Shown here: positions 9,870 through 19,378 of the stretch, one piece after another
Position numbering within the stretch: position 1 is the stretch's first letter
Layout of the letters: every line of letters begins with the position of its first letter
Notes under the pieces: generated by a model
Databases searched by the model: none
What the model saw: the letters and a program-made list of their open reading frames with translations, nothing else
What the model was told of the DNA's origin: nothing
Made by a program: the position numbers and the translations under genes
NCBI GenBank assembly: GCA_965204375.1
Contig: OZ241986.1
Span: 6,144,001-6,208,000 of the forward strand
Length of the DNA: 64,000 bases
From: Candidatus Latescibacterota bacterium
GTDB lineage: Bacteria; Latescibacterota; UBA2968
Direction of reading: 5' to 3'

Positions 9870-10745
9870 TCAGGTCCAGTACTTATCGTATAAAAGACTG
9901 AGACGTTCTTTTGCCGCGCTGGAAATAGCATCTGGCGATGTGATAATCGCAAATTGTGCGGCATTGAGACAATCGCAATCCGATGTTCTGGGCAACTGTG
10001 CAGCCAATGTGCATACAATTTGATTTGCGTGCTCGGCATTGGCTTTTAACACAGCGACCACAGCTTCGACCGACACATCTTCTTCGGCTTCATGCCAGCA
10101 ATCGTAATCGGTGCCCATAGCCAGCATCGCATAACACATTTCAGCCTCGCGCGCGAGCTTGGCTTCGGGCAAGGCCGTCATCCCGATCACGGTCGCATTG
10201 ACTTCTCGGCGGTAAAAATGGGACTCTGCTCGCGTGGAGAACTGCGGTCCCTCCATACAGATATACGTTCCGCCATCGTGGGTGGTCACTCCGGAATTTT
10301 TTGCAGCGGCCAGCAGTAAGTCGCGCAATTCACCGCAAAAAGGATCGGCAAAAGCCACATGTCCGGCAATGCCTTCACCGAAAAATGTGCTCGCGCGAAT
10401 GCCGCGGGTGCGATCAAAAAGCTGATCGGGTACCACCATATCACCCGGTTTTATGGATTCCTGCATAATTCCCACAGCACTTATCGCCAACAGATGCGTC
10501 ACGCCCATCTGTTTCATGGCATATATATTGGCGCGATAGGGTACTTCAGAAGGCAGTAGCACATGCCCGCGTCCATGACGGGGCAAAAAATATACCGATT
10601 GATCGCTTATACGCGTTTCGACAACTGCATCTGAGGGCGCGCCAAAAGGTGTGGCAAGGCGATGTTCGGCTACGATTTCCACATCTTCCATGTGATAAAT
10701 ACCCGATCCGCCCATAACACCCAGTCGGACAATCTGTTCAGGCAT
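9870..10745 (-). CDS. mtnP: S-methyl-5'-thioadenosine phosphorylase
   Basis: GGSG, RHGRGH, NIYAM, EGPQFSTRAES, GMT, TDYDCW. Confidence 0.92.
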   Translation of the reverse strand: MPEQIVRLGVMGGSGIYHMEDVEIVAEHRLATPFGAPSDAVVETRISDQSVYFLPRHGRGHVLLPSEVPYRANIYAMKQMGVTHLLAISAVGIMQESIKPGDMVVPDQLFDRTRGIRASTFFGEGIAGHVAFADPFCGELRDLLLAAAKNSGVTTHDGGTYICMEGPQFSTRAESHFYRREVNATVIGMTALPEAKLAREAEMCYAMLAMGTDYDCWHEAEEDVSVEAVVAVLKANAEHANQIVCTLAAQLPRTSDCDCLNAAQFAIITSPDAISSAAKERLSLLYDKYWT

Positions 10746-11259
10746 CTTCCCCTTCCTGATCTGTGGCGTTATCTTCTACTTTCGGGATATCCTCTTGCAC
10801 CACATCGAAGGTTGTCACTTGCAATTGGTCTAAAAAATCAGTCTGAATCTGTACCAGAGCCTTAAAATTGGACAAGAACATATCGCGTTGATTTTGTAAC
10901 TCCACTATCTCTGTGCGGATATCATGCACCTGTGTACGCGCTTTTTCAATGGCCCGATTGCTGCGGATCTCCGCTTCTTTCACAATCAGCCGCGCTTCTT
11001 TGTGCCCATTTTCCTTGACGTCATCAGCCGTTTGTTGGGCAGTCCTGAGCATCTCCTGGAGGGCTTGCTCTATTGACCGATAGTGATGCACTTCTGATTG
11101 CAACGCATTGAGAAGTTCTTTTAGTTCGATATTTTCGGCACCGAGATTTTCGACTTCTGTAGCCAGCATATCGAGAAATGCCTGCACTTCCTCTTGATCA
11201 TAACCGCGAAAAGACTTCTTAAAAATCTGCTTGCGAATATCCAGTGGTGTGATGTTCAC
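10738..11259 (-). CDS. divIVA: DivIVA-domain protein
   Basis: ITPLDIRKQIFKKSFRGYDQEEV N-terminus plus coiled coil. Confidence 0.88.
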   Translation of the reverse strand: MNITPLDIRKQIFKKSFRGYDQEEVQAFLDMLATEVENLGAENIELKELLNALQSEVHHYRSIEQALQEMLRTAQQTADDVKENGHKEARLIVKEAEIRSNRAIEKARTQVHDIRTEIVELQNQRDMFLSNFKALVQIQTDFLDQLQVTTFDVVQEDIPKVEDNATDQEGEDA

Positions 11260-11285
11260 ATTTCCCCTCCCCTAAGGGCTATCGG

Positions 11286-11873
11286 TTATAACTCAAATAC
11301 ACTTTGAATGGCACTCTGAACAACCTGCAGAAGCAAAATTAACAAAATGGGCGACAAATCGAACATGCCCAGTGGAGGAACGATCTGTCGGAAAGGTCCC
11401 ATAATAGGCTCAGTCAAGCTATATAGGGTCCACATAAATCTGCCCCCGCGCACAAAGGGCAACCACGAAAATACGATACGCGCGATAATTAAAACCAGCA
11501 AAACCGCAACGGCGCCATAGAGCAACCATCCGATGATATGCAGAATTTCGCCAGAAGAAATACCGTGTAACAATCCTATAAGTGAACGCAGCACATCGTT
11601 GGTCAACCACTTAAAAAAAAATGCCCCGATCAATGTCGCAATCACCAGAATCAACGGTGCCGCAGCGGTATTTCCAGGCATGTGTTGCGCAATGGGCCAC
11701 ACGAGCGGGTCGGTTATGCGCCGAACATAATATTGAGACCAGCCAAAAGAACTCATACGCACCAAAATAGCGCGTAATAGCAACAACGCCACCATGCCGA
11801 TAACCAATGCAACAAGTATCCAGTCAATGGCTTGTTGGATTAAAATAATCGCCTGAGCAACCACATCAACCAT
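11286..11873 (-). CDS. yggT: YggT-family membrane protein (two repeats)
   Basis: ITDPLVWP and LTEPIMGPFRQIVPPLGMFDLSP. Confidence 0.85.
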   Translation of the reverse strand: MVDVVAQAIILIQQAIDWILVALVIGMVALLLLRAILVRMSSFGWSQYYVRRITDPLVWPIAQHMPGNTAAAPLILVIATLIGAFFFKWLTNDVLRSLIGLLHGISSGEILHIIGWLLYGAVAVLLVLIIARIVFSWLPFVRGGRFMWTLYSLTEPIMGPFRQIVPPLGMFDLSPILLILLLQVVQSAIQSVFEL

Positions 11874-11876
11874 AGT

Positions 11877-12560
11877 TTATACCGCCCGCTGACCGAAAAT
11901 CGCCGTGCCTATGCGAATCATTGTCGCGCCTTCTTCAATTGCGACTTCAAAGTCGCTGGTCATCCCCATAGATAGTGCAGATATATGGGGCTTGTGAATT
12001 GCGATGCGGTCCCTGATTTGTCGCAACAAGACAAAATTTGGTCGCGCTGTTTCGGAATCTGGATCAAATGCGCCAATCGTCATCAGCCCTGCCACGGAAA
12101 CGCCTTGCAGGTCATCGACCTGCCCGATCAGGTCCAATGCCGCGTCGGGCGATACACCGAACTTGGATGCTTCGCCCGATGTATTTACCTGTACTAATAC
12201 GCGAGCCGGGGTGTCTCTCCGCACGGCCCACCGGCTGATTTCTTTCGCCAGGCGCAATGTGTCAACCGAGTGAATCAGGTCGAATAAAGGCAACGCCTGT
12301 TTGACTTTGTTGCGCTGTAAGTGTCCAACCAAATGCCAGGATACCTTGCCGGCCACCTCTGGGACCTTGTGCTGGGCTTCTTGCACGCGACTTTCACCTA
12401 AAATTCGTGTCCCCGCATCTACGACCTGTTGTACGATATCGGCAGGCCAGGTCTTTGTTACAACAATCAATTTAACCGCATCTGCTGATCGCCCGGACCG
12501 CCGGGCAGCCCTGTCAATGCGGTCTTGAATGCGCTTTGTGTTCTCAGCAATTGCCGACAT
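11877..12560 (-). CDS. yggS: PLP homeostasis protein YggS
   Basis: [39 protein letters not shown]. Confidence 0.93.
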   Translation of the reverse strand: MSAIAENTKRIQDRIDRAARRSGRSADAVKLIVVTKTWPADIVQQVVDAGTRILGESRVQEAQHKVPEVAGKVSWHLVGHLQRNKVKQALPLFDLIHSVDTLRLAKEISRWAVRRDTPARVLVQVNTSGEASKFGVSPDAALDLIGQVDDLQGVSVAGLMTIGAFDPDSETARPNFVLLRQIRDRIAIHKPHISALSMGMTSDFEVAIEEGATMIRIGTAIFGQRAV

Positions 12561-12740
12561 AGGTTTCGGTCTCAAAATTAAAATATAGATTTCCTAATTT
12601 ATGTAAAAAACAGTATAATGGCAACAAAAACGGTCTGGAATATATGAGGAGAACCGCGCGAGTTTTTTAGCTATATAGACCAAAAAACCGTTGACCCCAT
12701 ACGAGGGATATATGTATTGTGTAGGAGGTAAAAAAAACTC

Positions 12741-12815
12741 ACACAAAGACACAAAGACACAAAGGGGGCTGGGACAGGGCGGACTGACAACTGGCTACTG
12801 ACAACTGACTACTGG
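12741..12815. repeat. Short tandem repeats (ACACAAAG)x3 and ACTG(A/G)C(A/T) x4.5
   Basis: 8-mer at 12741-12764; 7-mer at 12783-12815, ending 10 bp before the ATG at 12826. Confidence 0.85.
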
Positions 12816-12825
12816 AGCTATTCTT

Positions 12826-14748
12826 ATGCCGCGAAATGGTTATGGACACATGGTGCTGGATGACTATGTCGCGCGCGTGCGGGCTGTAAATGCCGACCGC
12901 GCAAAACGACTGTCGTCTATCCGAACAAAAAAAGAAGCTTTCGCATACCGCGATGAGGTGCGCGAGGCAATTGACAAAGCCTATCGCCCCTGGCCGAGTA
13001 AAACACCGCTTAATGCGCGCGTTGTCAGTACAATTGAACGCCGCCATTACCGCATTGAAAAAATCCTTTTTGAAAGCCGCCCGGGGTGTTTGGTCACGGC
13101 CCATCTTTATGTGCCCCACAAACTCGATGGGCCAGCACCTGGTATTATTGGCTCTTGCGGTCATACTGCCGATGGCAAAAATGCACCGCTTTATCAGGCT
13201 TTTTGTCAGCGTCTGGCGCGCAATGGCTTTGTCGTCTTGATCTACGATCCCTTCAATCAGGGTGAGCGCGATCAATATTATGCCCTGCACAGTCGCGAGA
13301 GTGTGCGATCGTCAACACATGCCCACAATATGATGGGCAAACAACTCGAACTCGTGGGCGAATGGTTTGGCGCGTGGCGCGCCTGGGATGGTATCCGCGC
13401 ACTCGACTATTTGCTTACCCGTCCCGAAGTCGATCCCGCGCATATCGGGCTTACGGGCAATTCGGGCGGCGGTACTATGACCAGTTGGATCTGGCCGGTG
13501 GAAGCGCGTTTTACTATGGCTGCCCCCAGTTGTTTTGTCACCACGTTTGCCGCCAATCTCGAAAATGAATTGCCCGCCGATTCGGAACAGTATCCGCCGG
13601 GTGTGATTGGCGCGGGCCTGGATATGGCCGATTTTTTTATTGCTCGAGCACCGGCTCCCGTCATCTTGCTCGGGCAAGCCTATTGCTTTTTTGACCGACG
13701 CGGTCTCAAACAAGCCTATTCTGAAATCCGTCGTTTCTACGATATTATTGGCGCGCCAGCCAATGCGACTGATATTTTTATCGGGTCGGAAGGCCACGGA
13801 TTTTTTATCGACAACCAGGAAGCTATGGTGCAATTTTTTGCAACACAGGCTGGCATTCAGCAGGTTACCCGTTTGGAAGAGACCGAAGACTTGAGCGATG
13901 TTTTAAATGTCACCCCAAAAGGCGAGGTTGTGCCCGAAAGGGCTACGCCCATTTACGATTTGATTGCCCAAAAAGCAGATGTTCTTGCATCAAAACGCAA
14001 AGAGTTGGGTAAAGACGAACTCACCCATTGTGTGCAAAATACGCTCAATTTGTCTGACGACCGCGACCTGCCCCATCACCGCTGGTTGCGCAGTACGACA
14101 GAAGATGGCGTTCGCCTGGCGCGGTATGCGATTGAAACCGAGGGCAATATTCGCGCTATTATGCGGAAACGCCTGTCCAATCCGTCTTATTCGCATACGC
14201 TCGATGTCGAGCGCGAAGTTCATCTCTATCTGCCACATGTTTCTGCAGAAGTGGATCTGATCGAAGACTCTTTGGCGAAAGAACTCAAAGAACAACACTC
14301 GCTCTATGCACTTGATGTGCGCGGTCTGGGGGAATCGCTTGCCGATGATGAACGCGACTTTTTTCATCCTTATGGCAATGACTATATGTGCAATGGATAT
14401 GGTCTGATGCTCGGTCAGAGCTTTCTGGGACGGCGGGTACACGATGTGTTATCCACACTCGACCTGCTGGCTCATGAAGGTGCGCAAAAAATTCATCTCT
14501 ACGGTCGCGGACAAGGTGCAATTCACGCGCTATTTGCCGGATTTCTCCATTCAGCAGTGACGACTGTTACCCTGAAAAACTATCCACAGTCCTATCACGC
14601 ATGGACACAAACGCCCCTGGTCAGTTGGCCTGCTGCCAATATCCCTCGGGGCGTTCTCGCATCTTATGATCTGCCCGATTTGATGCACGCTTTGGACAAA
14701 AAACTCGCGCTCATACAGCCCTGGGGAGCGGATATGTTAGAAGTGTGA
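12826..14748 (+). CDS. Two-domain alpha/beta hydrolase (acetylxylan esterase-like)
   Basis: FESRPG, GNSGGG nucleophile elbow, second degenerate domain (DVRGLGE, GRGQGA). Confidence 0.8.
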   Translation: MPRNGYGHMVLDDYVARVRAVNADRAKRLSSIRTKKEAFAYRDEVREAIDKAYRPWPSKTPLNARVVSTIERRHYRIEKILFESRPGCLVTAHLYVPHKLDGPAPGIIGSCGHTADGKNAPLYQAFCQRLARNGFVVLIYDPFNQGERDQYYALHSRESVRSSTHAHNMMGKQLELVGEWFGAWRAWDGIRALDYLLTRPEVDPAHIGLTGNSGGGTMTSWIWPVEARFTMAAPSCFVTTFAANLENELPADSEQYPPGVIGAGLDMADFFIARAPAPVILLGQAYCFFDRRGLKQAYSEIRRFYDIIGAPANATDIFIGSEGHGFFIDNQEAMVQFFATQAGIQQVTRLEETEDLSDVLNVTPKGEVVPERATPIYDLIAQKADVLASKRKELGKDELTHCVQNTLNLSDDRDLPHHRWLRSTTEDGVRLARYAIETEGNIRAIMRKRLSNPSYSHTLDVEREVHLYLPHVSAEVDLIEDSLAKELKEQHSLYALDVRGLGESLADDERDFFHPYGNDYMCNGYGLMLGQSFLGRRVHDVLSTLDLLAHEGAQKIHLYGRGQGAIHALFAGFLHSAVTTVTLKNYPQSYHAWTQTPLVSWPAANIPRGVLASYDLPDLMHALDKKLALIQPWGADMLEV

Positions 14749-14876
14749 AGTGGGAAGGATGAAGGGTGAAGGATGAAGTGTGAAGTGTGAAGTGTGAAGT
14801 GTGAAGGATGATGAGACACCAGATTTTGGGTGGTAGGGTGGGGCTTTCTTACTTCTCACTTCTTACTTCTTACTTC
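14740..14876. repeat. Heptamer arrays: GAAGNNN x10 (14740-14809) and inverted TYACTTC x4 (14849-14876)
   Basis: Direct reading; lies between two convergent stop codons. Confidence 0.9.
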
Positions 14877-14878
14877 CT

Positions 14879-15637
14879 TTATCCTTCCAGCCGTTCGCGC
14901 AAATGGGATTCCATTGCCACAAATTGGGGATCGGCGCGCAAGGTGTTTTCTCGAGGATGGGGAAAATTAACGCTCAGGTCTTCCGCGATTTTGCCGGGTC
15001 TGGCAGACATGACCACAACGCGGTCGGAGAGGAGCAGTGCTTCGGAGATGCTGTGGGTTATAAATAAGACAGCAGCACCGGTCGCTTGCCATATTCTCAA
15101 CAGTTCAATTTGCATCTTTTCTCGCGTCATTTCGTCCAATGCCCCAAAAGGCTCGTCCATAAGCAAAACGGATGGTCGGAAGGTCAAGACTCTGGCGATG
15201 GCGACCCGCGATTGCATGCCACCGGATAGTTCGCGCGGATATGCCTGCTCAAATCCAGCCAGTCCGACGATGTCGATCATCTCAGAGACCCGGCTTAAAA
15301 TTTCTGCGTCTCCAAAGACCTCTGCGGGCAGGCGCACATTTTCTTCTACTGTGCGCCAGGCGAGAAGCGAGGGATGTTGAAATACAAAGCCTACCAACCG
15401 TTCGCGCCGCGCGGCTTCGGGTATTTTCCCCAGTACGCGAACCGTGCCCTTTGTCGGTGTTTCCAGGTCGCCGACAATCCGCATTAAGCTCGTTTTGCCG
15501 CATCCCGAGGGTCCGATCATACTGACAAATTCGCTCTGCGCTATTTGCAGAGAAATTTGTGCGAGTGCCTCTACCCGGTTGCTGTCGGTCACAAAAACCT
15601 TGTGAACATCTCGCAGTTCAATGGCTAATTCACTCAC
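14879..15637 (-). CDS. ABC transporter ATP-binding protein (TauB/SsuB-like)
   Basis: GPSGCGKT, LSGGMQ, LLMDEPFGALD, ITH. Confidence 0.92.
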   Translation of the reverse strand: MSELAIELRDVHKVFVTDSNRVEALAQISLQIAQSEFVSMIGPSGCGKTSLMRIVGDLETPTKGTVRVLGKIPEAARRERLVGFVFQHPSLLAWRTVEENVRLPAEVFGDAEILSRVSEMIDIVGLAGFEQAYPRELSGGMQSRVAIARVLTFRPSVLLMDEPFGALDEMTREKMQIELLRIWQATGAAVLFITHSISEALLLSDRVVVMSARPGKIAEDLSVNFPHPRENTLRADPQFVAMESHLRERLEG

Positions 15638-15651
15638 TTTACGTCTCGCCT

Positions 15652-17133
15652 TCAGTGCTTAATCAAGCGCTTTTCCAGGGTTTTGACCACGGTTTTCAGC
15701 GTTTTAATGCGTGCATGTAGCTTGCAATTGGACTCTACAATGGTCCATGGTGCGTAATCTGTGTTCGTGCGATACAACATCTCATCCACAGCGTCGCGGT
15801 ACTGATTCCATTTTTTTCGATTGCGCCAATCTTCATCTGTAATTTTCCACTGTTTGAACGGTACCTTTTCGCGGTCTCGAAAGCGCTTCAATTGTTCGTC
15901 TTTGTCGATATCGATCCAGAATTTAAATAATAAGGTGCCGTAATTTGCCATCTGTTCTTCCATTTCGTTGATTTCGCGGTACGCGCGCTGCCATTCCTGT
16001 ATTGTCGCAAATCCCTCTACGCGCTCGACCAGAACGCGCCCGTACCACGACCGATCAAATATGGCAAAATGACCGGCTTTGGGCATTTTGATCCAGAATC
16101 GCCACAAATAGTGATGTGCCAGTTCAATATCATTTGGCGCGGCGATGGGGAACACGTCGTATCCTCGCGGGTCCATGCGGCGCACCAGGCGTTTGATGTT
16201 GCCCCCCTTTCCCGCGGCATCCCAGCCTTCGTACACAATGACCACCGATTGTCTTTGCAAATATACTTCGTGTTCGAGTTCCCATATCTTTTTTTGGTAA
16301 ACGCGGCGCAGGCGGTCGTATTCTTTGCGCGTGAGTTCTCTGGACAAATCAGAAGTTTCGAGCATAGAGTGTGGGATTGGGGGTAGAGAAACGGATTTGC
16401 CCCGCGTCTTTTTGTTCAGAGATGCCAGTTTTTTTTCGAGGACTTTAATCACTTTTTCAAATACTGAAATTGTTGCAAAACGCCAGTTTTCAGCCGGCAC
16501 AATATGCCAGGGCGCGTATTTGCTATCCGTGCGTGAGATCATGTCTTCGATGCTTTTCCCATACGGTTTGTATTGCTTATTTTTTTTCCAATCGTAATCT
16601 GTCACGCGCCAGGAGGTCAGGGAATTTTTTTCGAGTTGCTTAAAACGCTTTTTTTGTTCTTTGCGCGAGATGTGCAGGAAGAATTTGATGATTACATGGC
16701 CGTCATCTACGAGTTGTCGCTCGAAATTATTCACTTCTTGGTACGCTTTATCAACCGGTAGCTTGTCCATCGTTGGATCCATGTCCTCTACAATGAACCG
16801 GCTGTACCAACTCCTGCTGTAAATTACCAGGCGCCCGCGTTCGGGTATTTTGGTCCAGAAGCGCCACATAAATGGTCGGTAAGCCTCTTCTTGATTGGGG
16901 ACCTGGGTTGAATATACTTTGACGCCTCGGGGATCGAGTACTTGCAATAGTTCGTTGATCAACCGCCCTTTGCCAGAAGCACCCCAGCCTTCGAATACGA
17001 TTGTGATGGGCACTTTGTTTTCCAGTGCTTTTCGCTCGAGTTGACCCATTTTTATTTCCAGCTTTTCCATGCGGGCGTTGTATTCAGATTTTTTTATTTT
17101 TTGTTTTAGATCAATAGCATTTAGTATTCCCAT
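15652..17133 (-). CDS. pap: Two-domain polyphosphate kinase 2 (polyphosphate:AMP phosphotransferase, class II)
   Basis: Two PPK2 domains: EGWGASGKG/SRSWY and EGWDAAGKG/DRSWY. Confidence 0.9.
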   Translation of the reverse strand: MGILNAIDLKQKIKKSEYNARMEKLEIKMGQLERKALENKVPITIVFEGWGASGKGRLINELLQVLDPRGVKVYSTQVPNQEEAYRPFMWRFWTKIPERGRLVIYSRSWYSRFIVEDMDPTMDKLPVDKAYQEVNNFERQLVDDGHVIIKFFLHISRKEQKKRFKQLEKNSLTSWRVTDYDWKKNKQYKPYGKSIEDMISRTDSKYAPWHIVPAENWRFATISVFEKVIKVLEKKLASLNKKTRGKSVSLPPIPHSMLETSDLSRELTRKEYDRLRRVYQKKIWELEHEVYLQRQSVVIVYEGWDAAGKGGNIKRLVRRMDPRGYDVFPIAAPNDIELAHHYLWRFWIKMPKAGHFAIFDRSWYGRVLVERVEGFATIQEWQRAYREINEMEEQMANYGTLLFKFWIDIDKDEQLKRFRDREKVPFKQWKITDEDWRNRKKWNQYRDAVDEMLYRTNTDYAPWTIVESNCKLHARIKTLKTVVKTLEKRLIKH

Positions 17134-17136
17134 ATT

Positions 17137-18261
17137 TTACTCCTCTAACCATGTGCGCGAGTCTGGTACGTCTAACCACGCTCCGTCTTGTACAATTGAC
17201 TGCTGACTGATTAATCCCGGCAAGGTCATGTCCATGGCCTCGTGAATGCCAATTGGACAGGCGATTTCGCCGTTAATGCTTTGAATAAAATCCATGATTT
17301 CGAAATAGTCGCCTCCACCGTGTCCGGCTTTTAATGCCGCTTCAGTGGGGTTGCGCCACATGTCGGGCAAATAATTTTCTTCCAGATCTGCCAGATCCAT
17401 CCATTCATTTTTTTCGCCGCAGATATCTGCAAGCCATACGCGATTGATACCACCGCGCTCTCGCGCAGATTCATAACACCCTTTTGTCCCTTGCAGTTGA
17501 AAATTGCCGGTTGCATGGGGGCGTTCCGATAGCATATCTACCCGGATTTTTACCAGCCCGCCGCTCGCCATCTGGCACAACATGACGCACGAATCTTGAT
17601 TTTCATACTGGTCTCCCCGAGGGTCTGTGTAATGGTGTCCGCTGCCCGCACAACACACGCGCACCACGCGGTCGCCCGGCATCCACTGCAAAAGAGGTCC
17701 CAGACTGTGGGTGCAATAGGTGACACCATCAATGCCCGTTTGCCACTTGCGCCGCCATTTTGTGATTTCATTCAGGGCTTTCAATTCGTGCAAATATTCT
17801 CCTTCCCCGTAATATACATCGCCGAACAAACCCCGACGCACGAGTTCTTTTACCAGGACATTGGGGCGGGTATAGGTGTAATTTTCAGCCATCATATAGA
17901 TTGCTTTTGACGATGTAGCAGCGTGTACCAGGTAGCGGCATTCCGCCACAGAGACCCCGGCTGTGACTTCGCTTAAGACGTGGATGTTCCGGTTCAATGC
18001 CTCAATTGCCTGGGGGGCGTGAAAATGCATGGGCGTGCCGATGACGACCGCATCGAGTTCTGAATGCGCGAGCATGGTTTCGTAATCCGCGTATTTTTCA
18101 GATGCTCCCAATCGTTCAGCAGCAGCGTCGAGTTCCTCTTCGCGCACATCGCATACCGCGTGAATACGGGCCGTTTTATGTGCTTCAAAAGCGACCCGAA
18201 AACTTCCTCCACGTCCAGCAGCCCCCACAATTCCCACATTTAACTTTTCAGCAATGCCCAT
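17137..18261 (-). CDS. Gfo/Idh/MocA-family oxidoreductase
   Basis: VGIVGAAGRG, GTPMHFH, AENY, GHGGGD. Confidence 0.88.
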   Translation of the reverse strand: MGIAEKLNVGIVGAAGRGGSFRVAFEAHKTARIHAVCDVREEELDAAAERLGASEKYADYETMLAHSELDAVVIGTPMHFHAPQAIEALNRNIHVLSEVTAGVSVAECRYLVHAATSSKAIYMMAENYTYTRPNVLVKELVRRGLFGDVYYGEGEYLHELKALNEITKWRRKWQTGIDGVTYCTHSLGPLLQWMPGDRVVRVCCAGSGHHYTDPRGDQYENQDSCVMLCQMASGGLVKIRVDMLSERPHATGNFQLQGTKGCYESARERGGINRVWLADICGEKNEWMDLADLEENYLPDMWRNPTEAALKAGHGGGDYFEIMDFIQSINGEIACPIGIHEAMDMTLPGLISQQSIVQDGAWLDVPDSRTWLEE

Positions 18262-18309
18262 GGTTTACTCCCAGGTGTTGTTTTTAAAGTCTCATTGAAT
18301 TTTTGTGTG

Positions 18310-18386
18310 CCGCTTATCGCGTTGATCGTGTCTATGAATAGCGCAACTTCAATGAGTTTCTTGGGTATTTTGACATTCTGATTCAT
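18310..18386 (-). pseudogene. N-terminal remnant of a DUF1156 adenine DNA methyltransferase
   Basis: MNQNVKIPKKLIEVALFIDTINAIS resembles the DUF1156 N-terminus (KKLIEVALPLxAIN), then similarity stops. Confidence 0.6.
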
Positions 18387-18454
18387 ACATGCTCGTTTCA
18401 TTTTGTGTGGGTGGATCCTATTCGATTTGCAATCTCTCAAGGAATTTTATAGTC

Positions 18455-18841
18455 CTACTGGTAAAGATTGATCAAAGCGTCACGCACAAAACGGTCTGGA
18501 AGTGTATTGGTGGTGGAATACTGGGCACGTCTATGATTACCGTTCATGTTGACCATACATAGCGCGCCGCCTTCAGAATCGCATAGTAACAAAACTGATC
18601 GTCCGTATCCACCCGGAGCATCAATGGCAATCTCGCCATCCGGTGTGGGATATACCTCAAAACGACGGGGTAAAATCAAGTACATTTCTCTCAACAAATG
18701 CTTCGCATTTTCCAAAGCCATTTCGGATGGTATCGGGAACCCCTCTTCACGTGCCTCGTCCATTGCTGCGTGAAGATCGTGCAGAGCATCGGTCAGTGTA
18801 TCTACCGTTTTCTTCTCATCCAGGATTTTTCCACATGTCAT
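18455..18841 (-). CDS. Hypothetical protein
   Basis: 128-aa ORF; an in-frame upstream ATG at 18883 is cut off by a TAA, so it may be truncated. Confidence 0.6.
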   Translation of the reverse strand: MTCGKILDEKKTVDTLTDALHDLHAAMDEAREEGFPIPSEMALENAKHLLREMYLILPRRFEVYPTPDGEIAIDAPGGYGRSVLLLCDSEGGALCMVNMNGNHRRAQYSTTNTLPDRFVRDALINLYQ

Positions 18842-18892
18842 GACTGACTTTTTCTCTTTGTAGAATTATTCGGCAAGGTCCATATATTTCAG

Positions 18893-19378
18893 TTATCCCG
18901 TGTCTCTCAGCACTTGTGTCAGAGAATCTCCACACCTGATTCTCCGAATGATTGCCGATCTCCCGCGAAAGCGAACATTGTTGGACCTGTTTCTTAGTTG
19001 TCGCTGCTCATGTTTCGAAAAATTACCAGATGCAACAACCGGGATAAAACTCATACTTGCATCATGTGAAATAATCTGATCGGCGACATTAGCACCACCT
19101 TGAAGTTGTTTTGCAACCTCACTTATATCTACATTCCCCTTTTTTAACTCCATCGGCACGACCCAGTCCTTGTCTGTGTCTCGTTCTTTTGCACCCAAAA
19201 AGATATAATCACATAGTGTCTGATCAGACGGTAAATTTAAATCTTCGCAGTCCAGGTCAATAATAACGCGCTGACCTCTTATTCCAGCCATGGAAACCGT
19301 ACATCCTTCCTTTCTACATCTTTTAACCTGACATTTCTCGGGGATTTCTACTTGTACAGCTTGTACGAATTTACTCAT
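18893..19378 (-). CDS. Putative PD-(D/E)xK nuclease-fold protein
   Basis: LCDYIF...VVPMELK...KQL pattern; 8-bp overlap with the ATPase. Confidence 0.55.
   Translation of the reverse strand: MSKFVQAVQVEIPEKCQVKRCRKEGCTVSMAGIRGQRVIIDLDCEDLNLPSDQTLCDYIFLGAKERDTDKDWVVPMELKKGNVDISEVAKQLQGGANVADQIISHDASMSFIPVVASGNFSKHEQRQLRNRSNNVRFRGRSAIIRRIRCGDSLTQVLRDTG

Noticed and set aside
14740-14876. Repeat arrays as CRISPR
   Set aside because: 7-bp units without unique spacers; no cas genes
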